Shown here one piece after another: positions 48,622 through 59,832 of a stretch of 64,000 nt of DNA. How positions within the stretch are numbered: position 1 is the first letter of the stretch; the number at the start of each line of letters is the position of its first letter. The notes beneath the pieces were generated by a model. It was not told the origin of the DNA and made no database searches. It was given only the letters and a program-made list of their open reading frames with translations. The stretch is from Acidobacteriota bacterium (GTDB taxonomy: Bacteria; Acidobacteriota; UBA6911; RPQK01; JADFOI01): positions 3,424,001 through 3,488,000 of the forward strand of contig OY760074.1 in the NCBI GenBank assembly GCA_963663035.1, in the 5' to 3' direction. The position numbers and the translations under genes are program-made.

Positions 48622-50352
48622 GTGCATCTGTACAGGCGAAGGCTAATACAAGTACTGGGTGTTTGTGGGTTGTTCCTGCTTCCGGCTTGTGCTTCGAAGC
48701 GGAATGTCCCAACTCAGGTGATGAACCGAGAGGCTGACCAGCTGAGTCCACCGGTTGCTCCGATACCGCCGCCGGACTCGTGGACAGTTGAGGTTTCACC
48801 TGTTCCCGTTGTAGAGCCGGAAGATCCCATCGATCTGCTGATGGAAAGGGCAAGAGGCTTCCTTGAGAGGGGAGAAAGACTTTTTGGTGAGGGAGCGGTC
48901 GAAGAGGCCCGTCTGCTCTTTCAGCAAGCTCTAGACACCCTCAAGCATTCAGGCTTCGAATTCTTTCTGAATCCTCATCTGGAAAGCGCCTACTATGATT
49001 TATTAGGGGATATCCAGGAGCTGGAGCTTCAAGCCTTGGTCGATCCGGCAGAGATACAGCTTCTGAGTCTTGTGTCAACTCCCTCAGACGAGATTACCGA
49101 CCTCAATTTCTTTACCATCCAAGTTGATCCTCACTTGAAAGAACTGGTTAGCCAGGACCTTCTCGAGACTCGCTTTGATATCCCTGTGGTGTTGAATGAC
49201 GATGTGGTCAGATTGCTGAATTTCTATCAGAACCGTGGCCGCGACATTATGGAAGAGGGCTTGAAGCGCGCGGGGAAATATGTGCCGCTTTTTCGTGAGA
49301 TCTTTCAAAGGGAAGGAGTCCCGCTCGATTTGGTTTACATGGCTCATGTGGAGAGCCACTTTAAACCCAACGCCTACTCTCGAGCCAAGGCCAGGGGAAG
49401 TTGGCAGTTCATGCTGGGAACGGCGAAAGTGTACGGTCTCCGACAGGATTGGTGGATTGACGAACGCTCCGATCTCATTAAGTCCACCGAAGCAGCTGCC
49501 CGCCATCTCACCGATCTGTATGAGCGCTTCGGGGACTGGAATCTGGCCATGGCAGCTTACAATGTGGGTTCCAGTCGAATTGACAGGATCAAAAGGCGCT
49601 ATGGGAATATTGACTATTGGACCATGATCAGGAGGAGAATGCTTCCCCGAGAGACCAGACTTTTCGTTCCCTCAATTCTTGCCACTATTATCATATTTAG
49701 AAATCCGGAACGGTACGGTTTTTGGATCGAGCCAGATAGTCCGCTGCAGTTTGAAACAGTGAGTCTTGAAGAACAAGTCGCTGTGCAGACTGCAGCCGAA
49801 GAACTCGGTGTTCCGGTAGCTACCTTGTTCGAATTAAACCCCGAGTTGAGGCGGGGGATCACCCCATTTGCTTATAGAGATTACCAGTTCAAGGTACCCT
49901 TGGGGACAGGTAACCTTCTCAACGAGCGCTTGGCGGCTATGCCCGAGGAGAGAAAGCTGCAATTCCGACATCACAGGGTTCTACGTGGGGAAACGCTCGG
50001 TCTGATCTCCCAAGCATACTCTTCCTCGATTCAAGCGATTGCCCAGGTGAATCAGATCCGAAACATTCACAGGCTCCAGGAAGGTCAAGATTTACTCATT
50101 CCCTTGCCCACTTCCGTTTCGGGAGGCAGGGGGACTGTGCCCGCGTCCCCGCTGCCGGACACTTACACTGTGCGACGGGGAGATTCACTCTCGAGAATCG
50201 CTCTCCTGTACCGGGTCACCGTCGCAAATCTCTTGCTCTGGAATAATCTCAGGCCAAATGAACTGATCTATCCCGGGCAGAGAATTCGACTCCTGGCTCC
50301 GCCAGATTCGGTCGCTCAGGGCTCCCCTCAGGAAACATCTGGAGATCGGTGA
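48622..50352 (+). CDS. mltD: Membrane-bound lytic murein transglycosylase D with LysM domains (lipoprotein)
   Basis: LPAC lipobox, VES, G.WQFM, AAYNVG, two LysM repeats. Confidence 0.9.
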   Translation: MHLYRRRLIQVLGVCGLFLLPACASKRNVPTQVMNREADQLSPPVAPIPPPDSWTVEVSPVPVVEPEDPIDLLMERARGFLERGERLFGEGAVEEARLLFQQALDTLKHSGFEFFLNPHLESAYYDLLGDIQELELQALVDPAEIQLLSLVSTPSDEITDLNFFTIQVDPHLKELVSQDLLETRFDIPVVLNDDVVRLLNFYQNRGRDIMEEGLKRAGKYVPLFREIFQREGVPLDLVYMAHVESHFKPNAYSRAKARGSWQFMLGTAKVYGLRQDWWIDERSDLIKSTEAAARHLTDLYERFGDWNLAMAAYNVGSSRIDRIKRRYGNIDYWTMIRRRMLPRETRLFVPSILATIIIFRNPERYGFWIEPDSPLQFETVSLEEQVAVQTAAEELGVPVATLFELNPELRRGITPFAYRDYQFKVPLGTGNLLNERLAAMPEERKLQFRHHRVLRGETLGLISQAYSSSIQAIAQVNQIRNIHRLQEGQDLLIPLPTSVSGGRGTVPASPLPDTYTVRRGDSLSRIALLYRVTVANLLLWNNLRPNELIYPGQRIRLLAPPDSVAQGSPQETSGDR

Positions 50353-51269
50353 GATTCTGCAGCTTTTCCCATGAGAGTAAGACCCGTTTTGGGTTTGAAC
50401 TCCAGCAGGGAAAGATTGTGGATCTGCTCGAGGCTGGAAGAGCGCTTGCAGCCAGAGGAGAGTTTTCCTCGCCCGAGAATGAGCTCTTTGACTCCCCAGA
50501 TCTGAAGGCCTGGCTGGCGCCTGGAAGAATCGCTCTGGAAGTTGCACAGAGGATTCGTGAACTGCTCAGGGAAGGCTCAGAAGTTGCGAAACTGGCTGTC
50601 TACGATAGAGAGGAAATCCGGTTCCTGCCGCCCATCCCGAATCCCCAGAAAATCATTGCCATTGGTCTGAACTACCGGGATCACGCTCAGGAACAGAACC
50701 TTCCTCTTCCCCCCAATCCTCTGATATTTGCCAAGTTTCCCAGCAGTCTGATCGGTGCCGAGGATGAGATCAGACTTCCGACCATCAGTCAAAAAGTGGA
50801 TCCGGAAGCTGAGCTGTGCGTGGTGATGTTGGAGAGTGGGAAAGAACTCTCCCCCAAGAGAGCGCGTCAGGGCATAGCTGGTTATACCATTGGAAATGAC
50901 GTCAGTGCCCGGGATCTCCAATTCTCCGACAAGCAGTGGGTTCGGGGGAAGTCATGTGACACCTTTGCTCCTTGCGGTCCTTTTCTTGTCACGGAAGATG
51001 AAATCGGAGATCCTCATCAGCTGGACATTGAGCTCCGTGTGAATGGAAAGGTACAACAGTCCTCTAACACGGGAAATCTGATCTTCGATTGCTACACGTT
51101 GGTTTCTTATATTTCACAGACCATCACCTTGAATACGGGTGATCTGATTTTTACGGGTACACCAGGGGGAGTCGGTGTGTTTCGCAAGCCGCCGGTGTTT
51201 CTCAAGGCGGGAGATGTGGTGGAAGTATCGATCGAAAACATTGGAACGTTGAGGAACCCGGTTAGATAG
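50349..51269 (+). CDS. Fumarylacetoacetate hydrolase family protein
   Basis: GLNYRDH, DPEAEL, NDVSARD, GKSCDTF, TGTPGG. Confidence 0.95.
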   Translation: MRFCSFSHESKTRFGFELQQGKIVDLLEAGRALAARGEFSSPENELFDSPDLKAWLAPGRIALEVAQRIRELLREGSEVAKLAVYDREEIRFLPPIPNPQKIIAIGLNYRDHAQEQNLPLPPNPLIFAKFPSSLIGAEDEIRLPTISQKVDPEAELCVVMLESGKELSPKRARQGIAGYTIGNDVSARDLQFSDKQWVRGKSCDTFAPCGPFLVTEDEIGDPHQLDIELRVNGKVQQSSNTGNLIFDCYTLVSYISQTITLNTGDLIFTGTPGGVGVFRKPPVFLKAGDVVEVSIENIGTLRNPVR

Positions 51270-52200
51270 TGCCTCGAACAAAGGCATGAAAGTCCTTTGT
51301 CTTCCGAAAACCCAGGCGCAAATAGAGCTGGAAAGCTCGGTGATTGGCTTCGGACACCGACAGGGTGATTCGCTCCAAACCAGATTGGCTGGCCTCTCTG
51401 AAGTAGGTCCGTAAAAGAAAAGATCCAAGCCCTTTTCCCTGACAATCATTTCTGACTGAGATTTGTGGGATCATGCCCGTATCGGGACTGATCTTTGAAG
51501 TGAGTAAAACACCACAGACTCGTTCCTCGGCATCCAATGCAACGTAACTGATCCGTGGGCTAAAAATGCCGCATCCGGGATGATGCACCAGGTTGCGCAA
51601 GAATCGGATACATCCCTCACTTGACTGGTAATCGTGGCAAAGCTCGTAATCAGGAGAGGCGTCGTAACTGTTGTAGATCACCTCAGCTGCCGGAAAGAAA
51701 AACCTGTTCTCCCACTTCGAGATCTGGAAGTCGGGATGCAGCTCAGATTCTTCCTCTTCCACGAGGTGATCCAGAGGTAAGGAGAGAAAATGACGTTTGA
51801 TAGCAGTGAATTCATGCTCCTCAAAGAGAGGCACCAAATCGCAATTGAAGGCAAAGATTTGGCTTTCGATCCGTCGGATCTCTTGCCCTGATCTGAGGGA
51901 ACGAAGAATCCTCTCAAGGAGCTCAGAGTAACCTGCCGGAGAGGCACGTTCGGAACGGACGTAGAGATTGCCAATGTAGGCGACCGGATGATTGATAACG
52001 TAGTAAGAATATCCTGAAAGACTACCTGCATCGGTCTTGAGAGCCCAACCGGACAGGCTTCGCGAGGCGATAAACTTCTTTATCAAAGAAACGGCTGGCT
52101 GATAGTCCCAGAAGAGCTCATCCTGCCACCATTGGATCTCCTGCTGAAAGGTCCTCTCAAGCTCCTGAGAATCAACCTGTGAAAGTGCGACAGTCTGCAT
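51262..52200 (-). CDS. Tandem GNAT N-acetyltransferase
   Basis: QGKGLG, N..AFQLY.RLGF. Confidence 0.8.
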   Translation of the reverse strand: MQTVALSQVDSQELERTFQQEIQWWQDELFWDYQPAVSLIKKFIASRSLSGWALKTDAGSLSGYSYYVINHPVAYIGNLYVRSERASPAGYSELLERILRSLRSGQEIRRIESQIFAFNCDLVPLFEEHEFTAIKRHFLSLPLDHLVEEEESELHPDFQISKWENRFFFPAAEVIYNSYDASPDYELCHDYQSSEGCIRFLRNLVHHPGCGIFSPRISYVALDAEERVCGVLLTSKISPDTGMIPQISVRNDCQGKGLGSFLLRTYFREASQSGLERITLSVSEANHRAFQLYLRLGFRKTKDFHAFVRGTI

Positions 52201-52288
52201 TGTTCCCTTCTAAAGGACAGCTCTCAGCGGCCAATTGTCGGCGTTTCCCCCCTGTCAGTCTTGAGTGCTATCTTCCTCTTGTCAAGCC

Positions 52289-53284
52289 ATGAAGTTCATC
52301 AAGCACCTGCAAGAGAACGAGTCGGTTACCTCCTTCTGTCAAGTTCGCAGCAAGCAAGCTAAATTAAAGAAGAACGGGGAGCCCTATTTGAGACTGGTGC
52401 TGGGGGACCGTAGCGGTCGAATTGAAAGCAAGATCTGGGAAAACATTGAAGAAATTCAAGAGGGCATCCAGGCAGGAGATTTTGTCAAATATCAGGGAGT
52501 CGTTCAGGTCTACAATGGAAGTAAACAGCTGATCCTGAAGCAGATTCGAAAGGCGCTTCCGGAGAGGGATTCTGAGAGCGGCTTCGATGTGGGAGATCTG
52601 ATTCCTTGCACCGAGTATGATATTGAGGAGATGTGGCAGAAGCTCCGATCCCTGGTCCTTGGACAGACCTCACGTTCCTGTATTGTGCAGTTGCTGAGCA
52701 ATGTCCTGGATGCCAATGAGGAGCAGATGAAGAGCTACCCGGCTGGTGTTGAGATCCATCACGACTATTGGGGTGGATTTCTCGAACATGTCTTGTCTGT
52801 TCTGGAAAGTGCCCTTTTTTTTGCCGACAAATACCCGGATTTGGATAAAGATCTGTTGATCGCCGGCGCTGTTTTGCACGACATCGGAAAACTGGAGGAA
52901 TTGAGTGGTGCCCAAAATCCTTCCTATACTGCCCGAGGTCGCCTGATTGGCCACGTTGTGTTGGGTCGCGATCTGCTGCGAAAAGAAGCAGCTCGCATTC
53001 CTGATTTTCCCGAAAGGCTGTTAGTGCTGCTCGAGCACCTGATTCTGAGCCATCAGGGACAACTGGAGTGGGGTTCTCCCCGACGGCCCAAACTGCCAGA
53101 GGCTTTAATTCTTCATTATATTGACGATCTGGATGCGAAGTTGAATCGGCTCTGTCGGGTCCGCAAGGAAGATCCGGGAGATTCGGACTTCACTGCATTT
53201 GACCGCTTTCTCGGCAGAGTGATTTTCAAAGGCGAATATGATGAGCCTTCCGAGCACCCGCTGCTTGCCTCGATTTCCCAATAA
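52289..53284 (+). CDS. yhaM: OB-fold/HD-domain 3'-5' exoribonuclease, YhaM family
   Basis: N-terminal OB fold, HH, LHDIGK, SHQG, DDLDA. Confidence 0.85.
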   Translation: MKFIKHLQENESVTSFCQVRSKQAKLKKNGEPYLRLVLGDRSGRIESKIWENIEEIQEGIQAGDFVKYQGVVQVYNGSKQLILKQIRKALPERDSESGFDVGDLIPCTEYDIEEMWQKLRSLVLGQTSRSCIVQLLSNVLDANEEQMKSYPAGVEIHHDYWGGFLEHVLSVLESALFFADKYPDLDKDLLIAGAVLHDIGKLEELSGAQNPSYTARGRLIGHVVLGRDLLRKEAARIPDFPERLLVLLEHLILSHQGQLEWGSPRRPKLPEALILHYIDDLDAKLNRLCRVRKEDPGDSDFTAFDRFLGRVIFKGEYDEPSEHPLLASISQ

Positions 53285-53331
53285 GCCCTATAATTTCTGA
53301 GCTGGAGACAGCGGATAGAGGAGAATTTACA

Positions 53332-54534
53332 GTGATGAAGTTTGCCAAAAGGATGGCCAGCATCTCCCCATCGCCAACCATGGCGGTAATGCAGGAGGCG
53401 CAACGGCTGAGGCAGAAAGGTGTCGATGTCATCGATCTTGGGGTGGGTGAGCCTGACTTTCCGACACCACAGTCCATCAAACAAGCAGGCATCGAAGCCA
53501 TTGAGGGAGATTTCACCAAATATACGGCTGCGGCTGGCATTCAGGAGCTGCGCCAGACCGTAGCAGACAAATACAATCGGCGCTGGGGCACCGACTTTTC
53601 GGCGGCGAATGTCGTTATTTCATGTGGCTCCAAGCATTCCATCTACAACGTCTGTATGGCCCTCTTTGAGGAAGGTGATGAGGTTCTGCTGCCAACCCCC
53701 TACTGGGTCACATTTCCTGAAGTCATTAAGATGACAGGTGCCGTGCCGCGGGAAGTTGTGACTTCAGAAGAAAATGGATTCATCCTCCGGGCAGAGGACC
53801 TGGAAGGGAAGATCAGCCCTGAGACCCGAGGGATTATTGTGAATTCCCCCAGTAATCCCACTGGAGCGGTGATACCTGGCCCCAACATTGAAGAACTGGT
53901 TGAACTGGCTCGCAGCAAGGGACTCTTCTTGCTTTGCGATGAAGCCTATGACTGCTTCACCTACGGTGAAGCTTCCCACGTCTCAGTGGCTTCGTTTGTG
54001 AAATCTTCAGACGATTTCTTCGCCATACTGGGTTCAGTATCCAAAACCTATTCAATGACTGGCTGGAGAATCGGCTTTTGCGTGAGTCACACAGAACTGG
54101 TTAAAAAGATCACTGCCTTTCAAAGCCATCAGACCGGGAATCCCACCTCCATTTCACAGAAGGCCGCCCTATTCGCTTTCCAGAGTGATCCTGAGGAGGT
54201 GCGGGCGATGAAGGAAGAATATCAGGCTCGGAGAGATTTTGCGCTGAGCTGCCTGAAGGAGCTTCCCGGTTTTTCCTGTGAGCCTCCCCAGGGAGCATTC
54301 TACTTGTTTCCCAATGTTAAAAAATGCATGCGAGAGATGGGCATCTCGACCTCTGTAGAGTTTGCCAAATTCCTGATTCAAGAGGCGACAGTTGCCACCG
54401 TTCCCGGCTCGGCTTTTGGCATGGAGGGCTATATTCGCATTTCCTATGCTGCCTCTATGGATCATCTCAGGGAAGCCTTCTCACGAATAAAGGCAGCTGT
54501 GAGCTCAAGCCTGAAGAAAGCAGATGCAAAGTGA
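53332..54534 (+). CDS. PLP-dependent class I/II (aspartate-type) aminotransferase
   Basis: GEPDF, NSPSNPTG, DEAY, SKTYSMTGWRIG. Confidence 0.95.
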   Translation: MMKFAKRMASISPSPTMAVMQEAQRLRQKGVDVIDLGVGEPDFPTPQSIKQAGIEAIEGDFTKYTAAAGIQELRQTVADKYNRRWGTDFSAANVVISCGSKHSIYNVCMALFEEGDEVLLPTPYWVTFPEVIKMTGAVPREVVTSEENGFILRAEDLEGKISPETRGIIVNSPSNPTGAVIPGPNIEELVELARSKGLFLLCDEAYDCFTYGEASHVSVASFVKSSDDFFAILGSVSKTYSMTGWRIGFCVSHTELVKKITAFQSHQTGNPTSISQKAALFAFQSDPEEVRAMKEEYQARRDFALSCLKELPGFSCEPPQGAFYLFPNVKKCMREMGISTSVEFAKFLIQEATVATVPGSAFGMEGYIRISYAASMDHLREAFSRIKAAVSSSLKKADAK

Positions 54535-54543
54535 GCACTTCCG

Positions 54544-55287
54544 TTGAACAATATCTCCGTCGTGCTGGTTGAGACCCAGAAGGGTGGAAACATCGGTTCA
54601 GCTGCTCGTGCCATGAAAAACATGGGCTTGCAGCACCTGAAGCTGGTGAGTCCCCGTGAAGGGATGAACGAGCAGTGCCAGAGGCGGGCAGGAAAGGCCA
54701 TCGATCTGGTCACTTCAGCCAAAATCTATGCCACCTTGGATGAGGCTGTCGAAGATGAAAATATCGTGATCGGGACCACATCGGCACGAAAGCGGAAGGG
54801 AAAGCAGAAGACTCACACTCCACGCGAAATAGCGCCCCGGCTCTGCGAATACGGAAAATCCCAGAGAGTGGCGCTGGTCTTTGGTCCTGAACGCAGTGGT
54901 TTGACTGATGCACATTTGGCCAGATGTCAGTACCTGGTCTCCATCCCGGCCAGCCCTGACTCTCCTGTCTTGAACCTGGCCCAGGCGGTCCAGGTGCTTT
55001 CTTACGAAATCTTTACTGCTCAGCCACCGGAATCTGATTCCAGCTTCCAGCTCGCTTCTGATGGGGAACGTGAGGAGATGTTTGCTGACATGCAGCGGGT
55101 CTTGGTTGATATTGGATTTCTGAATTCCCAAAATCCTGACCATATCATGCGTTCAATCCGTCGATTCTTGGGTCGTGCCGATCTGACCTCACGTGATGTC
55201 CGGATCCTCCGAGGGATGATGAGCCAGATGGAGTGGTATGTGGACGGTCAGTCCGCTGACCGTCCACAGCTGACACCTGACAGCTGA
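54544..55287 (+). CDS. trmJ: SPOUT RNA methyltransferase, TrmJ/LasT family
   Basis: GNIGSAARAMKNMG, FGPERSGL, LNLAQAV. Confidence 0.85.
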   Translation: MNNISVVLVETQKGGNIGSAARAMKNMGLQHLKLVSPREGMNEQCQRRAGKAIDLVTSAKIYATLDEAVEDENIVIGTTSARKRKGKQKTHTPREIAPRLCEYGKSQRVALVFGPERSGLTDAHLARCQYLVSIPASPDSPVLNLAQAVQVLSYEIFTAQPPESDSSFQLASDGEREEMFADMQRVLVDIGFLNSQNPDHIMRSIRRFLGRADLTSRDVRILRGMMSQMEWYVDGQSADRPQLTPDS

Positions 55288-55359
55288 CAACTGACACCTG
55301 ACAAGAGACTGGCCGAGCTCCTACCTCCTGCCTCCTACCTCCTGCCTCCTACCTCCTGC
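55266..55359. repeat. Two heptamer tandem arrays, (ACANCTG)n and (CTCCTRC)x6, at the ends of convergent genes
   Basis: Arrays at 55266..55304 and 55318..55359; they encode QLTPDS and [11 protein letters not shown] tails. Confidence 0.8.
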
Positions 55360-56634
55360 CTTTTCAATTTCCATTTTCATGAAAGTCAGGCCCGTCAGGA
55401 GCTTGGGATAAAAGTCGGTGGATTTTTGGGGCATCTTTTCACCCTGTTCTGAGATCTCATGAACCTGTTGCAAGCTGGTGGGATTGAGGATGAATGCCAG
55501 CTGGTAGTGCCCTTCGCCCAAGCGACTGATGAGCTCACCACGGTCTCGGAAGTAGTCGACATGTTTCTCACTGGCTAATTCTTGAGCGCCGATTCCAAGA
55601 TTGGGCCCGAGAATACCTTCATGGAGCACATTGACATCCAGTTCGCGGGCAGGTCCGGTAATGCCCGGCATGAAGGTGGAATCACTCTTCATCTCTTCTC
55701 GGAGGTGCAACACATAGTAGGTCGGATTTTTCTCGGCAACCAATCCAATCTGGGCGCCATTTTCCTGAAGGGTTAGTTCGAGTTCGGGGAGGTCGACCAC
55801 TTTTTGAACCTCAAAGGAGGGGTCCAGCCTGGAAAGAAATCTGCTCAGGTCAAAATCGGTGAGATTGCGAATGCCCCGATGGGTGGGCAAAATCTTCACT
55901 GCGGGACTCTCCATGTTAAAAAGAGCGACCATCCGTTTGTCAAAGCTCTCTCTGGCTGCTGTCTTCCAGCCTTTCTCCCGACACTCTTGAAAATAAAGGA
56001 GAGAGCTCTGGAAGCGATGATGCCCATCAGCGATGTATAAGCGAGGGCTGTCCAAGGTCTCAGTTATGATTTCTTGAAGATTTGTCTCAACCAGCTGCCA
56101 GAGACGGTGCGAGACCTGATTGTTGTCGACGATTTGAGCGATTGGGGTGTGCCGCTGTTGGAATTCGGTAAGAACCTGGTCAACCACTGTGCTGGAGTCA
56201 CGGTAGAGCATAAAAATAAGGCCCTTGTTGGATTCCGTGGAACGAAGCAGATTCAAGCGGTCCTCCAAGTGCTCATCCAGGACTCGCTCATGTCCCTTGA
56301 CCGAGACAGCCCCGCCTTCCAGTGAGACCAATCCGATCAATCCCATGCGCGAGAAGGATTGACCATCAAACTCAAATTCCTGCTCGTAGGGGTAGAAACA
56401 GGATACGTCGTCTTGTTTCAAAACGCCCTCCTGCATCCACTGTTTCAAGTGCTGTCCGGCATCCTGGTGGTTGCGGTTCTTAATGACGCGAGCAATGTTG
56501 CAGGGGTGGCGCCCGAGATAGTCTTTTAACATGGCGGGAGAGATCTTGTCGTAGGGTTGGGTGAGCACATCACCGATCTCATCAATCCGCTCTGGACTAT
56601 AGCGGTAGGCGCGAAAAGGAAACACTTGAGCCAT
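55321..56634 (-). CDS. DUF1015 family protein
   Basis: [26 protein letters not shown]. Confidence 0.9.
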   Translation of the reverse strand: MAQVFPFRAYRYSPERIDEIGDVLTQPYDKISPAMLKDYLGRHPCNIARVIKNRNHQDAGQHLKQWMQEGVLKQDDVSCFYPYEQEFEFDGQSFSRMGLIGLVSLEGGAVSVKGHERVLDEHLEDRLNLLRSTESNKGLIFMLYRDSSTVVDQVLTEFQQRHTPIAQIVDNNQVSHRLWQLVETNLQEIITETLDSPRLYIADGHHRFQSSLLYFQECREKGWKTAARESFDKRMVALFNMESPAVKILPTHRGIRNLTDFDLSRFLSRLDPSFEVQKVVDLPELELTLQENGAQIGLVAEKNPTYYVLHLREEMKSDSTFMPGITGPARELDVNVLHEGILGPNLGIGAQELASEKHVDYFRDRGELISRLGEGHYQLAFILNPTSLQQVHEISEQGEKMPQKSTDFYPKLLTGLTFMKMEIEKAGGRRQEVGGRR

Positions 56635-56730
56635 AAAGCCCATTCTATGAGAGTGACAAACGATTTGCTATACTCCGGCGGAAGTCGCGGATCATACCCC
56701 CAAAACCGTTTTCTGGTTCCGAGGAAAGCA

Positions 56731-57822
56731 TTGAGCGAATTTCTGTCAGGAAAGAAAATCGGTCCCGGACCTATTCAGCCTGAAACGACCATCACGGAAC
56801 TCATTGATTCGATGTTCGAGGCTTATAACGCGGCACGACTGCGGGAGGCGTGCCATTTGTTTGCCAGAAAGATGCTGGCTGATGATGTCACGGTGGGAGT
56901 CAGTTTGACTGGTGCTCTGACTCCGGCAGGACTGGGTATGTCGTGTCTTGTCCCTTTAATCGAGTGCGGCTTCATCGATTGGATTGTCTCGACTGGTGCC
57001 AATCTGTATCACGATGCGCATTTTGGTCTTGGGCTCTCCATGCACCGGGGAAACCCTCAGGTAAGCGACCTGCTCCTTCGCCGCGAGGGTGTGGTTCGAA
57101 TCTACGATATCTTCTTTGACTATGAGGTCTTACTCTCTACAGACCGGTTCTTCAGAGAAGTGATTCGAGCGCCGGAATTTCAGAAAAGAATGAGTAGTGC
57201 GGAGTTTCACCACCAGATTGGTAGGTACCTGGCCCAGAGAGAGCAGATAGGGAAAACAACGGGTAAGTCCCTGCTGGCTGCCGCTGCTCAGTACCAAGTG
57301 CCCGTTTACACTCCTTCACCGGGGGACAGTTCCATCGGGATGAACATCGCTGCTGAAGCTCTTGAAGGAAACCAACTGTTTCTGGATGTTTCACGCGACG
57401 TCAATGAGACGGCAGCCATCGTTCTGGATGCCAAGAGGCGGGGAGGAAAAAGTGCAGTGTTTATCCTGGGAGGGGGTTCCCCCAAGAATTTTCTCCTGCA
57501 GACGGAGCCCCACTTACAAGAAGTCCTGGGAATCAAGGGAAGAGGTCATGATTACTATTTACAGGTGACGGATGCACGGCCCGATAGCGGCGGACTATCG
57601 GGTGCGACGCCTGAAGAGGCCGTGACCTGGGGAAAGGTGGATGTCGATGGCTTGCCCGATGCTGTCGTGTGCTATATGGATTCTACGGTGGCGCTTCCTC
57701 TCATTACTGCATACTCCATGGCAAACCACCCTCCGCGTCAAACCAGGAACCTGTATGAACGTTTGCCCGAGATGATGAAAGACTTGAAAGGAGATACTGA
57801 AGCAGATGAACCTGGAAGGTAA
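56731..57822 (+). CDS. Deoxyhypusine synthase family protein (probable homospermidine synthase)
   Basis: [38 protein letters not shown]; TTG start inferred from GAGGA RBS. Confidence 0.85.
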   Translation: MSEFLSGKKIGPGPIQPETTITELIDSMFEAYNAARLREACHLFARKMLADDVTVGVSLTGALTPAGLGMSCLVPLIECGFIDWIVSTGANLYHDAHFGLGLSMHRGNPQVSDLLLRREGVVRIYDIFFDYEVLLSTDRFFREVIRAPEFQKRMSSAEFHHQIGRYLAQREQIGKTTGKSLLAAAAQYQVPVYTPSPGDSSIGMNIAAEALEGNQLFLDVSRDVNETAAIVLDAKRRGGKSAVFILGGGSPKNFLLQTEPHLQEVLGIKGRGHDYYLQVTDARPDSGGLSGATPEEAVTWGKVDVDGLPDAVVCYMDSTVALPLITAYSMANHPPRQTRNLYERLPEMMKDLKGDTEADEPGR

Positions 57823-58522
57823 AAAAGCCGTTGTCACTGGAAGCACCAAAGGAATTGGATTGGCCATCGCTCAGTCTCTTGTTGAGGAGGGGGCAGAGGT
57901 GGTGATCAGCTCTCGCCACCAGGACGATATCCAGCAAACCCTCGAGAGTCTCAATCAGTTGGGGAAGGGCAAGGTCAGCGGAAAGGCCTGCGATGTGCGG
58001 GATGGAAACCAGGTTCGTGACCTGATTCAGCATTGTGTTGAACAATTCGGCGCAATCGATATCCTGGTCAATAACGCGGGAATCGGCATCTTCAGGACCG
58101 TTGAGGAGATGTCGCCTCAGGAGTGGCGGGATCTGCTGGCCACAAATCTGGACGGAGTTTTCTTTGGCTGCCACTTCGCTATCCCTGAGTTGAAAAAAAA
58201 TGGAGGGGGCTTCATTATCAATATTGGCAGTTTGGCTGGGACAAATGCCTTCCCCCAGGGAGCTGCATACAATGCTTCCAAGTTTGGTCTGGTGGGTTTC
58301 AGCGAGGCGCTTATGCAGGAGACTCGATACGACGATATCCGTGTCGCCCACCTCATGCCAGGCAGCGTGGAGACTGACTTCAGCCATCCCACAACAGGCG
58401 AGAGTTCCTGGAAGCTCTCTCCTTCAGATGTGGCTGAGGTCGTTATTGAGACTCTCAAGCGTCATCCTCGGTGTCTCACCAGCCGGATCGAGATGAGACC
58501 CTCCAAGCCGTTGAAGAAATGA
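57806..58522 (+). CDS. Short-chain dehydrogenase/reductase
   Basis: [17 protein letters not shown]. Confidence 0.95.
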   Translation: MNLEGKKAVVTGSTKGIGLAIAQSLVEEGAEVVISSRHQDDIQQTLESLNQLGKGKVSGKACDVRDGNQVRDLIQHCVEQFGAIDILVNNAGIGIFRTVEEMSPQEWRDLLATNLDGVFFGCHFAIPELKKNGGGFIINIGSLAGTNAFPQGAAYNASKFGLVGFSEALMQETRYDDIRVAHLMPGSVETDFSHPTTGESSWKLSPSDVAEVVIETLKRHPRCLTSRIEMRPSKPLKK

Positions 58523-59832
58523 ACCATTCAAGGGAGATATGGGGCTGGGCGTTCTACGATTTCGCCAACTCTGCTTACTCCACAGCTATAGTCGTCATCT
58601 TCAATGTTTACTTCGTACAGGTCGTGGTGGGGCCTGACGGTTTCTCCTTCCTGGGCATGCAGGTCAGCGGCTCGGCAATCTGGGGCTATGCCGCCTCCAC
58701 CTCGATGCTTCTGGTGGCGCTGAGTGCACCCGTCTTAGGTGCTATCGCCGATTTCAAAGGGTCTAAAAAGAGATTTCTTTTCTTCTTTTGCTATGCGGGT
58801 GTCTTTGCTACTGCCCTTCTCTCTCTGGCGGGCCCCGGAGAGATCTGGCTGGCCGTCGCCTTCTACATTCTATCCAACATGGGCATGGAAGCCAGCCTGA
58901 CCTTTTACAACGGCTTTCTTCCGGAGATCACGACTTCCGAGAGGATGGGGAGAGTCAGCGGCTTTGGCTGGGCACTTGGGTATGTGGGAGGATTGTTGTG
59001 TCTGATCCTTTGTCTGGGCTTGATCAGAAGGCCGGATTGGTTTGGACTTGCGGGCTCCGATTACATTCCGATTCGTGTCTCCTTGGTGCTGGTCGCTGCC
59101 TGGTGGGGGATCTTTTCCATCCCCACCTTTCTGTGGCTCCGCGAGCGTGCCCAGGGCCAAGAACTTCCTCCGGGAACCAGTTATCTGAAAGTCGGCTTCC
59201 AGCGCCTCTTGAAAACCTTTCGAAAGATCCATCAGTTTCGGGAACTGGTCAAATTTCTGGTGGCCTTCCTGATCTACAACGATGGCGTTCAGACGGTCAT
59301 TCTCATTGCAGCTGTGTTTGGAGCCGAGGTGCTGGGTATGTCTCAGAATGAGCTGATTCTGAGTTTTATTCTCATCCAGTTCGTTGCCTTTTTCGGAGCG
59401 CTGCTTTTCGGATACCTGGGAGATCGAATGATGACCAAGAGCGCAATCCACATCACACTGTTGATCTGGACGGGAGCGATTCTTTACGCCCTCGTGATCG
59501 ATCAGAGTTGGCAGTTCTGGGTCCTGGCAGTGATCATCGGTTTCGCGCTGGGGGGAATTCAGGCCTGTTCACGCTCGCTGCTTGCTCAGTTCACTCCCTC
59601 TGAGCACAGTGGCGAGTTCTTTGGCTTTTTCGCAGCTGGCGGAAAGTTTGCTGCGATCTTCGGACCGGCACTCTTTGGCCTGATCACCGATCTGACCGGT
59701 TCGCCTCGCTATGGAGTCGGCTCTGTTCTTTGCTTCTTGATCCTTGGGTGGGTTCTTTTGTACTTTGTGGACGAGAAAAAGGGCATCCTGGAGAGTCAAC
59801 AAACAATATCCCCAGGAAGCCCTGCAGGCTAG
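58519..59832 (+). CDS. MFS transporter, UMF1/Atg22-like
   Basis: WAFYDFANS, YNDG, RSL, EFFGF. Confidence 0.9.
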   Translation: MNHSREIWGWAFYDFANSAYSTAIVVIFNVYFVQVVVGPDGFSFLGMQVSGSAIWGYAASTSMLLVALSAPVLGAIADFKGSKKRFLFFFCYAGVFATALLSLAGPGEIWLAVAFYILSNMGMEASLTFYNGFLPEITTSERMGRVSGFGWALGYVGGLLCLILCLGLIRRPDWFGLAGSDYIPIRVSLVLVAAWWGIFSIPTFLWLRERAQGQELPPGTSYLKVGFQRLLKTFRKIHQFRELVKFLVAFLIYNDGVQTVILIAAVFGAEVLGMSQNELILSFILIQFVAFFGALLFGYLGDRMMTKSAIHITLLIWTGAILYALVIDQSWQFWVLAVIIGFALGGIQACSRSLLAQFTPSEHSGEFFGFFAAGGKFAAIFGPALFGLITDLTGSPRYGVGSVLCFLILGWVLLYFVDEKKGILESQQTISPGSPAG

